Origin: Takakia lepidozioides
Taxonomy: Eukaryota; Plantae; Bryophyta
Assembly (NCBI GenBank): GCA_030704615.1
Contig: CM060732.1
Coordinates: forward strand, 61,876,001 to 61,940,000
Length of the DNA: 64,000 nt
Reading direction: 5' to 3'
This document shows, piece after piece, positions 23,366 to 35,424 of the stretch (the stretch's first letter is position 1; the number at the start of each line of letters is the position of its first letter). A program made the position numbers and the translations under genes. The notes beneath the pieces were generated by a model that worked only from the letters and a program-made list of their open reading frames with translations, did no database searches and had not been told where the DNA came from.

Positions 23366-26300
23366 CAGATTTATGATTTGATCCTTGAGAGTAATCGGGT
23401 GTCCGACTTCGCCCAATATAATGATTTCATAGATGTCATGGAAGGTGTCCAAAAAAATGAGTGAGCCACCGCACTCAATTCCGGTTGAAAGGAAAAGAGG
23501 GTTATGTATGTTGTTTTGGAGAACTGATGTTTGTCTGTTCTGATCCTTTATCAGTCTCGAAAGTGAGTGCGCCACCGCACTCAATTCTTGTAGGTGCAAG
23601 ATCAGGAAAATGTAGCTGTGGAATGACGGAAAGGCTGTAATTGTGGGAGGTATAGGGGAGGAAAAGAAAAGGATTGCAGCTTGAGAAGCAGCAGCAGCAG
23701 CAGGAGGCAGTGACTGAGAAGCCTGTTGAAGAAGACGATCTTTTCTACGAAGAGCGAGCGGCAAAGGTCCTCGTGTACCAGAATCAATTCCGCGCAGGTG
23801 ATCAAGTCTATGCAGGTACCTGGAGGCAAGATTATGATCCCTCTCTGCCGCCTAATATCAATGCCAATCGTTCGACCTGCCCTGACGGGGGATGTGTCCA
23901 AGTTCGAGCAAGATTTTAGTCATGGATACATAGAGGGGTCTCCGGTGTTTTACGTGTTCTTGTGCGATGCCAGTGGAAAGGAGGTCTTGGTGGACGAGTC
24001 AATTGTGAAAAGTTGGGATCCAATATGGCGAGAAGCAAACAAAGAGTTCGAGGCCCAGATTTCGAGGAGACTGTCTACACAGGTGTTCTCCTGGAAAATG
24101 TTTCATATATGGGATGGCGATCACCGCTTCATGGCTTGGATGAACGTCATAAACAAATATCACAGCACAGACAAGGACTGACACTTGTGGCGTCCATGGT
24201 GCTGGATCCGAAAGGAAACGTCACAGCACTTCTCACAGCTATGCATGACATCAACAAGTAAGTATAATGCTCACCCTTCATGCCATCAAAACTCTCTGAT
24301 TTATTCTGTGTTTCCTGATGAAGGAGGAAGTCATAGTGTTTGTGTGGGACTGCAGGGGAACCGAAAGTGCACACGTGACGACGAATTTGGTCCACACTCT
24401 ATTCAGGATACAGAAGGTGGGCCAAATGCCACTGGTCACCTTCAAAAACCTTATCAGTGCTGAGGCTTACAAGAAGTGCGAGACCTCCAAATCCGCCGAC
24501 ACATGGTACAAGCTGACCAGGGAGGCTTTCTGTGACTACATGTACGCTGTAAGTATTCCTTCCCTAGCTCTGTCTACTTGTTCATTCAAAAAACCAGTTG
24601 ATTCATACGTGTATATTGGAATGTTCAGCAAGAGATTACGGAGGCTGAGAGAAAGGGAAAGCAGAATACTATGCCAAAAAAGACCCAGGGGAGCGATCCT
24701 CAAAAAGAGTGGAAGAATCTATGAACAAGGAGATGGAGGTGGCGAAGAGGCACTCCATAAGCGCGTTTGTAAAACAACTCAGAATAGCCAACCCTGCTTT
24801 TGGCCCAGAGTTCTTGAATCAAGTCAGGATCCACTGGAACGAGAACACCAATCCTGAAATGATGCAGGAGAAGCTTCATCGCCTGTCCACTGCCGTAGTG
24901 GAGCCAGAGGTGAAAGTGAAATGGCTTGAGATTTGGAACGCCGAACAGTGAAAGATAACCACTGCTTTCCGAAGAGTGAGAAGAACAAGGAAACAGGAGT
25001 CATAAAGCAATTCAGTGACCATGTTCTCGATATGTGGCTGCACAAAGCCACGTACTGGGCACAAGTTTTTTCCTCTCGCCGTTCCATTTCCACTGCAAAA
25101 CTGCATTGCACCGGGAAAAGTCACTTACTGTTCTTAAAAAATCTGTTCTCTGAATTGTAAAATTGTTCTTGCGCAGATAGAGGCTCGGGCATAGCTGGTG
25201 CTGGAGAAGCAGCTGAAGGATTACAAGATAACTATGACTCCACCGACAGATACTCTAGAAGACTATGTCCGCCAGTGGAAAACAGCTTGCTTCGGCACTT
25301 GCTTCTTCAGGGAGTTCGCCATTAAAGAGGGAGGCATCTCGCGCACTAACGGATTCGAGCAGCAGCATGGATCATAACAGGCCATGAAGAGGGTTCTGTA
25401 CAGGTTCGTCTTGTCACTCTTTATCCACCCTTCGTTCCTGTCTCACGAAGTTTCGCTGTCGTTGCAGCCCTGCTCTCTTGAATAAACAGTCCCCAAAACT
25501 GTGTGTGCTGACGCACTCAGTAAAGGGGTGGGCAGTTCTGTGATTCCCAACCTTTCATTCTACATACGAACATCCGATCCTCTACTGAATCACACCTGCC
25601 ATGGCTTCTAGGTAGGGCCTGGGTGGACAGAGCAAAAATTGAGTGCGCTGGCGCACACTGTCAAGGGGTCCTTAAACCGTATTCGCACGCTTTCCCCGCT
25701 TACTAACATTCCCTCTGTTTTGATTGTGCAGGTACATCAAGAACATTCTCATTCCAGGCAAGAACCTGAGTCAACAACCGCACTTTATTGACCTATGGTG
25801 TGACCACGCTCTCGATGCCCTTGGTCTGAGCTTGTGACCCGAAATCAAAACAAAAATGCAGAGGCCTTGGCCCCTCTGATGGAGAAGGAGTTGTACGAGA
25901 GAAACTTGAGGATATTGGTTGAGAAAGAGCCTCTTGCACAGAATACGCCAGTGAAACCTAGAAAGGACAAGGGGAAAGGGAAGGGAAAGGGGCAGAAAAA
26001 CAATCAGAATGAGAATGAGAATGAGTCCGTGGTGCAACCGGGGCCAGTGCAAACCCCACCCCCAGCCAAAAAGCCTGACCGAAAGAAGAAGGGTCTAAAA
26101 GAGCCCTACGATGCAATGGAGCACCCATCTAGAATCGTTTTTCTGGGCATGTGCGAGCTGGTAAACGACGGGTTCCTGGCCATGATGGAGACACGGAAGT
26201 CAAGTTACAGTGGTGATCCTTCCAAAACGTGGGACAAGCTATGTGCTTTAATTCTCCAATCGGATGCATCTGTTTGAGTTTTGATTTCTTTGTTTTATTT

Positions 26301-27841
26301 TTACTCGGATCAGACATGTCGCTTATAAAACATCCTCCCCTTCTTACACGCTATAGTGCTTGCAGGCATGGAGGGGGAAGGAATCTTGGGTGAATGGTGC
26401 ACAGAAACCGTTTGCTTTGGAGATGGTTATTGTGGACATTCCGGACGGGCATCTAGTCCCGGATATTCTTCCCAGTGACACCTGCCCAACCTAGAACAAA
26501 TTTGACGAGAGGTACTGGAGTTGGGTGTTTTCTTTTTGCAATTTTTTCTTTTCCGATGCAGGGGTTCTTATTATCATACAATCTGTCACGATGAGATGTC
26601 GCCGAGAGCTGGCAAGCTACTTGAAAGCCTCGGGGATGCGGATTATCAAGACCTGGAACTGTGTCAACAGTCTATATCTGACGAAGGTAGGTTTCAAATA
26701 CTTTATTTTTATGCCTTCTCTGTTGAAGTTCCACTGTATACCCTGTTATGAAGGCATACTGATCGCACTGCCTGAATTGAGTGCTTCAGCGTACTCAGTT
26801 ATAGCGGTCCATGAGCAATGACTCTGAACCCGTTCCATCCGGAATGGGTCTGCACTCCCACCCAGATGTGCTATGAAACATTCCTCACTAATTATTCTCC
26901 TCTTCATCGCAGACCCGTCTATTTGAGGCCGTCTGTCTCATGAGGGTACATCCATTGTCGACTCCCACCACAGTGGTGGAGTTCGAGCTTCATGGGGGAG
27001 GATGTTTTATAAACAAGAGGTTCGATCCTGTCGTCGACGACATACACTACAACTATGTCGACTCCAACGTATGTTTGCGAAAGCCAAATGGAACGCCTTG
27101 GAGAGGGGCCCGTGAGAAAAGCCCAGCTTTTATCCAAATGATCATTGAGACTTGTTCTCGGCGAGGGGCCCGCATCATAGATCTCACTCTCGGCACAGGT
27201 TTCTCTTCTTGCCTTTGTCATCGATTTCTTTTCTTCTGCACCTTCTTTACTCAATATTCTAAAACTCTAATTCCTTCATTCTGTCTCTTGCAGACGTTTC
27301 TTACCATGCTTGCAAGGCAGGTGGCAGGCACTTGTTTGGTATGGAAGGAGATGCAGATATTTTCACTGGCCTCCTCGCCGAGTTGCAAAGGGGCGCGTCT
27401 ACCTCCAATGTGAAGGACGTCACTGTGCAAATTGATATCATCGACGGAGACGACAAGGACCTGGACAATGACTTTTCATGTGAGTAAGTTCATTTTCTGT
27501 CTATTTGATCCCTGTGTATATGCTCTGTCACGTCCCCTTCTGTTGTCTGATTGTTACCCAAATGGTGCATTTCTGATTGCAGAAATGTGAACGCTCTCCC
27601 GTGGCCCCTGTTGTCCATATACTTGAGGGACTTGTGCTGGAGCCCACTTCCTAATTATGTCCTTCCCGACGACGCAGAAGGCATTGCTCGTGTGCAAGCA
27701 GCTGTGCTTTCTCCCCCACCCTTGCGTTGGAGTTCCAGGAAGACACTCAGGTACCTCCGCGCAAAGGTTTTCATAGATGATAGTGCAACAGTTTCAGGTG
27801 GTAGCAATAGCAGTGTTGACACCACCTACGGATGTACTTGA
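23366..27841 (+). pseudogene. Intron-containing gene: ParB/Srx-like domain fused to a beta-class N6-adenine/N4-cytosine methyltransferase fold (cargo of a MULE)
   Basis: IPLCRL..VRP...FHIWDGDHRFMAW (23.83-24.14 kb); EMVIVDIPDG (motif IV-like, 26420-26449) followed by W..VFSF..FF..DAGVLII...GMRIIKTW; then EKSPAFIQMIIETCSRRGARIIDLTLGT/intron 27199-27293/DVSYHACKAGGRHLFGMEGD (motifs X, I, II). GT-AG introns; several stops and frameshifts. Confidence 0.75.
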
Positions 27842-28178
27842 GGGCATTTATTTATGGAACATGAGGGGACATACTCTCCGTTTTCCGTTGCACCACCATT
27901 TCTCTTCCCACCATCCGTTGTAATGAGCATGGACTACAATGAAATTCACATCCCTGAATTGAAACATTCTCTCCATTGCGTCCTACGAATTTGAAAGTGT
28001 TTTCTTTCTAAACATTGCTCTCTAATTCAACCGTGTGCATTCAATAAAAGTTTTCTACAGAGATGAATATGTGCATAGTCCAGTAGACAGTCATTCAACA
28101 TATGCCATCACACCAATATTTGGTTGGATGGATGGAGGATGAATGTTTTTGGATAGATGAAGCCCGATTGGATGTACA

Positions 28179-28355
28179 CACTACAGCAAATGGGGGGATT
28201 TTGCGACGCCAGCCGCACGGCACTGAGCCCGCGACGTCGAGCCTGTGGCGTTTTTTTGCGACGTCCCGGCGTCGCAATCCCCCGCTGCGACATCATTACG
28301 ACGCCCAGCCGTCGTAAGGTGGCATGAAGGGGGAAAGAGGGCCCTCGCTGCGACG
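28179..28355 (+). mobile_element. CACTA terminus (end 1) with GCGACG subterminal repeats
   Basis: CACTACAGCAAATGGGGGG at 28179, preceded by ACA. Confidence 0.75.
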
Positions 28356-28505
28356 GATGGCGGGAAGAGATTTGTACATTGCTACAACAGATGATCTGGT
28401 ACGAGCTCTAACCCACAAAACAAGATATCGTCTTCCTTAGGGGGCGATGTGGGGGCAAGGGACCAGATATAGCAGAGATGATGTTGAGGGCTGCAAGAAG
28501 GTCAG
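28356..28505 (+). pseudogene. MULE transposase piece B (locally inverted)
   Basis: Plus strand reads GRDLYIATTDDLVRAL...GKGPDIAEMMLRAARRS. This fits between piece A (ends NLAENVHVAWKHQS) and piece C (starts PTKMAKAV). Confidence 0.55.
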
Positions 28506-31230
28506 ATTGATGCTTCCAGGCGACGTGAACGTTTTCTGCCAGGTTGCAAGACTGCATGTCCACAATGTCCTCAAGGGACATGTCCTGTGAAATGAAAATG
28601 AAAGAGGGTCATTCATGCAAGCGCGGACCGTTCTGGGAACAAGGAAAGAAACTGGGCACATACAAGGGATTGCAGAGGTGAAAGGCAGCTTACAGTTGTC
28701 ATGAAAGCCCCCCATTACCGGTATGTGAAGTGCCAGAAGACCAACCAGTCTTCTAATTCTTTGACACCGTCCTGATCAGTAGCCCCTGACGAGAACCACC
28801 ATGCTCTCACTGTCTGGTACTTGGTCTCAGCCTCTTCCATTGTAGTCGCATTCTTGTACATGACGCAGAGCCTCATGTGCTCCGCTTGCAGATCTCTTCT
28901 GATGCACCTCTTCGTATATTTATGCAGGGACTGAGTCCAGTGGAATAGACATGTGCGCTCCCTATTAGGCATGGGTACCTCTGGATCACCAGATCCAAAA
29001 ACTCGGCACACAGTGTTGAAGTTAGCCTGTGCACTATCCGCCATAAACCATTTATGCCTGTATGTCCATTGGACTCCATGACTGAAAGCAAACAATTCCA
29101 CATTATCATCTGGGACTCTGTATCTTCAGATTGCATGTCACAGATGGCAATTATCATTATTCTCTGGTAGTTCGGGTCGTAAACATGGCAAGACATGGTT
29201 GTCCAACCCTTCACTCATTTGCAATGATTGAACATCATCCAGGATTTCTCCAGATCCCCCCCCTGGTTGCATACATCTGGCCAGGTTGACGCCACTGCCC
29301 TCGCCCACCGTAGACATCTTGAACAAGTAAACCTTTGAAGACCCCTGACCCGGGAAGACGCTAGATTGGATAAAGTCATATTGACTTATTCGCTTGAGCT
29401 CCATAATGCTGTCGATGGACCCTGTGTTTCCACCGTGCACTCTCAATGCATTCACCTGATTCCTAATATTAGGGGAGCTCAACACGGAGAAGTGATCCAT
29501 CACTACATCCAAAGACGCCCCCTCAAGTCTTGAGCTGGATTCGCTTCCTTGCCCCAGAATGTGCCTCTCCAGGAAACTTTTGCTGGCAGCCAACGCTATG
29601 GCAGATGGTTTGGCTGAAGGGAACTTTGCAAACTCCTCCGCGACAAGCCCACGCGCCAACTCCACACTATCTCTCCAATCGCCGTAAGACACAAGATGGT
29701 CGTGTCCCAAAATGAATGTAGGCTCGAGTCATGGTTTTGCAATGGTGAGTAACGTAGTACATGCGAGCACGACAATGTGCAATGCAGGAGGGGGCCACCT
29801 TGCAGAACTTACAAACAAATGTACTGGCAGACGATGGAGCACAGCCTGGGATAAAAGGATTGTCGGAGAGTCCTTCCCACTCACTCTCATTTTTAGCACC
29901 GCTCTTCGTGAAACGCAAGCAACTTCCATTCACACATCTCAGATGCCCCACACAAACGCTCCTTCTGAATTTCAAGTTTACATTGTTGTGGATATTGGAC
30001 GTTTTGGTTCTGCACCATGGATGGCCGTCATGCTTTTTATCCATTCCTTGCAAGAGACCTGCGAGACCCCCAGCACAAGTTGGTGGATTCCGTTCAAAGA
30101 GGATGTCACCGTCGAAGGAAGGTGGAAGGAATGGAACCTTTTTTGTTGCGAATGAATCCCACAGTATCCCTGCGATCTCGTTTTTGGATCCTGGTTTTCC
30201 TGACAATGCTTTAAGATGTGGGATGATGCTAACGATTTCATGAACATCGACGTCCCCTTCAAGAAGACGGTTCATGGGAGCCCATATTTCCACGAATTCA
30301 TCATCCGAGGAATCCGACAGTGTGACAAAAGTTGTTGAAGTGGTGTCCTCCTACTTCACAGTCACATGCCGCTTGCCTTGAACGACAGAGGCAGCTGTCC
30401 CAGGAGTCACAATGGAGCCACCGGATTGTCTTCTTTCACTTCGGAACACACGATATTTTCCAGGAAGAACTCTCCATTCCTTGTATTTCTGTGCAACAAG
30501 CGGTTTCTGGAACAACGTTTTTTGAACGTTTCCCTCCAAGTCATAAATCTCTTTCTCGACAGAAACACAGCCAATGTCAAGCTTGAACCTTGCTGCCATA
30601 ACATGCTCCTCCACCACAACAAAACCATCATCTTCAACCGCGGCACTGGGCAAGGTTCTTCAGTATACTGAAACTCGGCGAAGGCCACGTCATTAGGAGA
30701 AGCCATGTGGTGAAGATACGATGGTGAGTACCAATACAACTGTGCGACATGGACAGGTAAAAACCTTCCGAAAGCGATTGCCACATCTCAAAAGTGTTTG
30801 CTAAGGCAAGAGACAGTTGTACAATTGGCCCCACACATCAACCAATAATGGTCAAGGGTATTGAACCACACCGCCAAAACAGTTGGGCAGTTGCCAAATT
30901 GATGGAGAAGGGAACAAAACTGTTTATTTTGTCAGTGTCACAAAGACCGGGAAAAGACGACGCCGTCTTGGATATGGCAATCCAATGTGCGTTTTACGGC
31001 GTTCCACGACGTGAACCTGGACAGTGCATTGAGTGCCGAACCCGGGAAATATCCGACCCCGGATGAACGCGGACATGGTGTTCTTGACGTCATGTATGTT
31101 TTCTTTTCGAAGAAGGCAAAATCCATGTATGATAGGGCGATGACAGGTCTCATGTGCACAATATTTCATCCAAATCACCAAACATCCACATTTGAAGAAA
31201 AGGGCCTTATTGATGGCAATAGGGGCGCCC
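28506..31230 (-). mobile_element. Mutator-like (MULE) transposase piece A: GCM/WRKY-type zinc domain plus DDE core; pseudogenised
   Basis: DGHPWCRTKTSN...CVGHLRC...CKFC...IHFGTHDH (WRKY/GCM-like); ICDMQSED, FMADSAQAN, CLFHW; after an intron, CNLAENVH (catalytic E region, ~28525-28550). Confidence 0.8.
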
Positions 31231-31445
31231 AATAAACCGCAGCCAGTGAGAGCAATCCATTTGGGGGGTTAGAAGGCAGACATGCACGTCCTTAACCACA
31301 TGCATAACCGACGGCTTATGTGGGTTCCTTACTTTCTCTATTGTTGTTAGTCAAGCTGGAGCGTTGCGGGAGTGAGAGAGAAGACATATGAAGAAGACGT
31401 AGAAGGCAGTCCCTGTACTTCACGAGTGCGAGAGAGAGGAAAAAC

Positions 31446-33036
31446 ATGCGAGTCAGAATGAGAAAGTTGTGCAATCTGCAAAACGCTGATGAGCAGGTTG
31501 CACAGGATATGTCCACCCAGGAATCACAACAGATGACAGAGGAGGTCCAGCCTCAAATGGAGGGAAGAAGGGAAGGGGAGGAGACTGCCCCGGGGACCAA
31601 TGTGCATGACATGGACATCGACACTACCGTCGCTGAGAAAGAAGCGACACCAAAGGAGGCGGTGAGGCCTCAGGAAGAAGAGGCTTCGGGAAGTGGTGTC
31701 ATGAAACCCAAGGTGATCCTTCTCCCAAACTGCATACCTCGCAAGACTGTGGTACCAAGTGAATAGACAGAATATGAGAGATCCCCTGAAAATTGGGTGC
31801 GGCACCACACTCAATTATAATGGGAGCTCTATCACTTCCGTTGTGGGCCGAGGTGAATACTTAAGTCTTAGAGGCAGCAGGATCTGCAATGGAAGCCTGA
31901 GAGGGACACGGGGAAAGTGAGTGCGGTGGCGCACTCATTTTTAAGGGATGATAGGCGATCGTTTGGGCATTAGGGAAAGAGGAAGGTGATGTTCAGAGTT
32001 TAGGTCCGAGAGACAGTGGAGTGGTCACCCAGAATTGAGTGCGCCACCGCACTCAATTTTTGAGCACCATGGAATCATTGAGTTGCTATTGAGTGAGGTG
32101 AACGACAGATAGAAAGTGTGTTTATTCCATAGTGAGATCTCTTATGAGTTCTGATAATCACATTATCTCTAACCTGGAAACTAAGTGCGGTGGCGCACAC
32201 AGTTCTGAGGTGTGGTCAACAATCTTCTTGGACAGAGGTGAAGACCCCAATGAACTCAAAACAGAAAGTAGGCAGACAGAATGGAGGGCTCCCAGAACTG
32301 AGTGCGCCACCGCACTCAGTTTCGGAGCACCATAGAATGGTCAGTTTGCTTATGAGAGAGGTGAAACGATAGTTAGAAAGTATGTTTCATTCAAAGTGAG
32401 ATCTCTTGTGAGTTGTCAGAATGACAGTAACAATAACCTTGAAACTGAGTGCGGTGGCGCACTCAGTTCTGAGGTGTGGTCGACCATCTTCGTGGACAGA
32501 GGTAAAGACCCTGGTGTGCTCGCAACAGAAAGCAGGCAGACAAAGTGGAGGGCTCCCAAGAATGAGTGCGCCACCGCACTCAGTTTTTTGAGCACATGTA
32601 GATGGTTGATTTGATGATGTCTGAGATGAACTATAAGGTGAAAATGATTGTGGAAATTGGAAAGCATTCTTTTTTACTTGTGGGAAAAACATCATAACAC
32701 CCTGGAAACTAAGTGCGGTGGCACACTCAGTTTTAACAGTGGACTCGCAGATCTTTGAAGACAGTAGATAAGTCGAAGTTGATATGGAATCGGCTCAATG
32801 AGAGACAGAGTGAGGCCCGGAATTGAATGCACTGCCGCACCCATTTTTTTGTAGCGGACTTGGGTGAGTGAAATGTCAATTTGTGAGATGGAAAATCCGG
32901 TTTTTATTTGAATATATAGTTGTACAGTTTTGAGTGTGGTGGCGCACTCAGTTTTTGCCTCTAGAATGAAGCACACAATGTGGAAGAGGAAGTGACAGAG
33001 GAGCCATTGATTGAGGAGAGATGGAGTGCCTACTCA
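31446..33036 (+). pseudogene. Probable displaced 5' exons of the ParB-methyltransferase gene
   Basis: Acidic ORF 31446-31766 diverges from the transposase. An acceptor AG at 32963-32964 is followed by NEAHNVEEEVTEEPLIEERWSAYS, which continues in frame into QIYDLILES at 23366 through the shared ACTCA. Confidence 0.5.
31794..32950. repeat. Ten copies of the palindrome TGAGTGCG-N4-CGCACTCA in alternating orientation; ~264-bp tandem unit
   Basis: Starts at 31794, 31918, 32036, 32182, 32299, 32446, 32563, 32710, 32824, 32931. More copies at 23458 and 23564; degenerate copies at ~25640 and 26778. Confidence 0.9.
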
Positions 33037-33508
33037 AAGTATATTCTAGCTTCATGCCTAACTTGATCTCATTTAGAAGATTTCAATATCTGTGGCATAT
33101 ATATTAATTGGACATCTTCCATTGACAATTGCTCCAAATCTGTATATGTTGCAAGTAATTTTTTTCCATCATATACCACAAGACTTGAATTTGTTGTTGA
33201 AATAAATTATCTTACAACAAATGTCCAATTGTTTTCGATTGATGCTTCGGCCTCCAACCAATATGGTATTTTTTTGGATTGCTATAATGATAGCCTTCTT
33301 TCAAAGAAATGGGAAGAGATATCCAATTAGCAATATAAACAATATGGGATATCGCTATAAATAATATGTAACTATACTGATGTTGGTAATCCTAGTTTTT
33401 CCAATAAATGTATCGCAATTGGAGAAAATTTTCTGACAGTAAATTGTATGACCAATCTCTCAACATGATCATATGTGGACATTAACTTTTGATATACATC
33501 CACAAAAT
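33032..33508 (-). pseudogene. Dioxygenase relic, upstream part
   Basis: One AT-rich frame of ~158 codons broken only by TAG/TAA/TGA stops compatible with C-to-T changes. Rejoins 23365 through ACTCA as MKLEYTLSHGYISNAALP, with a 1-nt shift ~25 nt upstream. Confidence 0.5.
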
Positions 33509-33809
33509 GGGGGATGCTAGAGTGTGAGCCTAGCCACGTGAGCCCAAGAGTCTGGCGTGAGCCCAGGACACGTGGCATGATTTTGGGGAAGATGCGGCAT
33601 CTATTTCTGTGGAAGAGGATCCATTACCGCAGAAACACGTCTTCATCCATATTAATCCTGCAACCCCAAACAGAAACCCCAACCCTTGTCAGCCTTAAGG
33701 ACCCACCTCAACCCCGATAGTGAACCTCGCCATCCCGCCCCTGTGCATGATACTGCGCACTGACATCATCCATGGGACCATCCATGCATGCAACATTCAT
33801 CCACAGTGT
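33509..33809 (+). mobile_element. Probable terminus/subterminal region of the MULE
   Basis: Abrupt switch from the AT-rich gene to GGGGGATGCTAGAGTGTGAGCC with three GTGAGCC repeats. The GGATGAATGTT motif is shared with 28120-28178 on the opposite strand. The partner terminus was not found. Confidence 0.45.
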
Positions 33810-34732
33810 CACTACAGGAAAAGGGGGGGGGGGGGGGTTTTCGACGCCGCAGCCACGCCGCGGCGTCGTAAAACAGCCCTTTTCGGGTGGGGAAAAAAAC
33901 CAAATTTGCCATGTCCGGACGTCGCAAGCCCGTCGCCAAAAAAATGTCGCAAATTTGCGACCAATGGGGGTCGCAAATATGCGAAACCGCGATTTGCGAC
34001 GCACGGGCGTCGAAAAAAAAAAAAAAAAAAAAAACAACAACAAACATATTCTGCAATGTAGAATTAGCACCGTCTGGGGGGTCGCAAAGTGTGACGCCCG
34101 GACGTCACAATTTAAGGGGGTACATTTGAATTTAGGCGGAGAAATTTGAATTTAAAAACTTGTTGACCATTGACTCTGGCGTTGACCATTGACTCCGGTT
34201 CTGTCTAATGGCAATATGTTCATTGTTCTACATATATCATGCAACGTATACTTGAACCTAAGACCTCCACGTTATAACATTTCTAAGACACTACAAACTA
34301 ACCGACACACCTACGCTACATCTATGTATCACAAAAGCAATCCAAATATATATACATATACATATAAAGAGTTCCTTAAAGATCCTTCAAGTTCCTTCTA
34401 AGGGGGTCTCTCTTGTGACGCCGGGGAGTTGCAACCTCCACAGCCTTAGTGCCCAGCCCCAGCCCCAGCTCCAGCATCGTCGCCGTTGTTGTACCCCGCC
34501 ACCGCCAGACGCCCCAAACGACGTCCTTGTGTGGACCTAAGCTGACCACAACACCATTGCGACCCCCTGACGTCGCAACGTTAGGCGTCCCAGCGCGGGG
34601 CGCCCCCAGCGACGCTTTTGTAAAGTTGAGGACCACAAAGCCCAAAAAAAAAAAAAAACAAACTCCCACTGTGGTGATGCTGTTGCGACGCCCTGACAAC
34701 ATTATTTTTTGGATTTCCGACGTCGGGGCGTC
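33810..34732 (+). mobile_element. CACTA terminus (end 2, now inverted); non-autonomous body
   Basis: CACTACAGGAAAAGGGGG at 33810 preceded by TGT (reverse complement of ACA); many TTGCGACG/CGTCGC repeats. Confidence 0.75.
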
Positions 34733-35424
34733 CAACGAAGATGGCAAAGGCAGTGAATAGGTGCACAATGGGCTCGCCTCTCCAATCAAGGGAGCCCCAT
34801 CTGGAAGGAGATGAAACGTTCGGGACTTGCAAACGCAAGCTAAATACACCTCCAGGATCAGATGGTCGCCATGACATAGACAACTTCTCTGTACCCAAGA
34901 TTTCTCCACTACAAAGTATGGCGTCCAGTAGGAAAGAGGCTGCTGGTGCATCCTCTTCCATAGAGACTTGTCCTCTACCTGCAACCCTTGTAGTTGCAAG
35001 TTTCCAGCAGGACCACAGGGGTGCAGTGCAGGAGTCACCTTGTGCTGATTTCGAATGGCATCTCCAGCGAACTACTCCAGGGTCTAGAGTTGGCTGCGCG
35101 GCAGTGAGGGCCATTAGTTATGAAAAGTGTAAGTCAAAGATAGCCAAAGGCTCAGCGGGTACTCCAGCTCCGACGTTCACAGGTTTGATTCGGCCATATA
35201 TGTTGAAGGTGTCGAAGATGCACAAATTCTGGTTCTGCCCGGACGATATGGCTCACTGTGTGAATGGGTACCGTCCGTGACTCCTACATGGCTCAGCCTC
35301 CCCCACCCACCATTTGGCCAGTGTGGGTGGGAACCTCCCTAACAGCACTAGAGATTGGCAAGTTGGAGGACGCCGGCTTTTGTCTGCACCGATCTGTGGC
35401 GACGACTCTTGGTGGCCTTGCTGC
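34731..35424 (+). pseudogene. MULE transposase piece C (region between DDE core and SWIM)
   Basis: REPHLEGDETFG..KRK, WHLQR..C..C..PAPTFTG, FWFCPDD..HC, WPV..GT.L...E...LEDAGF; cut by the hAT insertion at 35425. Confidence 0.55.

Noticed and set aside
23366-33031. Integration of a 9.7-kb circle, or a non-TIR element with a 5-bp ACTCA TSD
   Set aside because: The apparent circular permutation is explained more completely by two overlapping inversions, which also restore the CACTA TSD and the transposase order.
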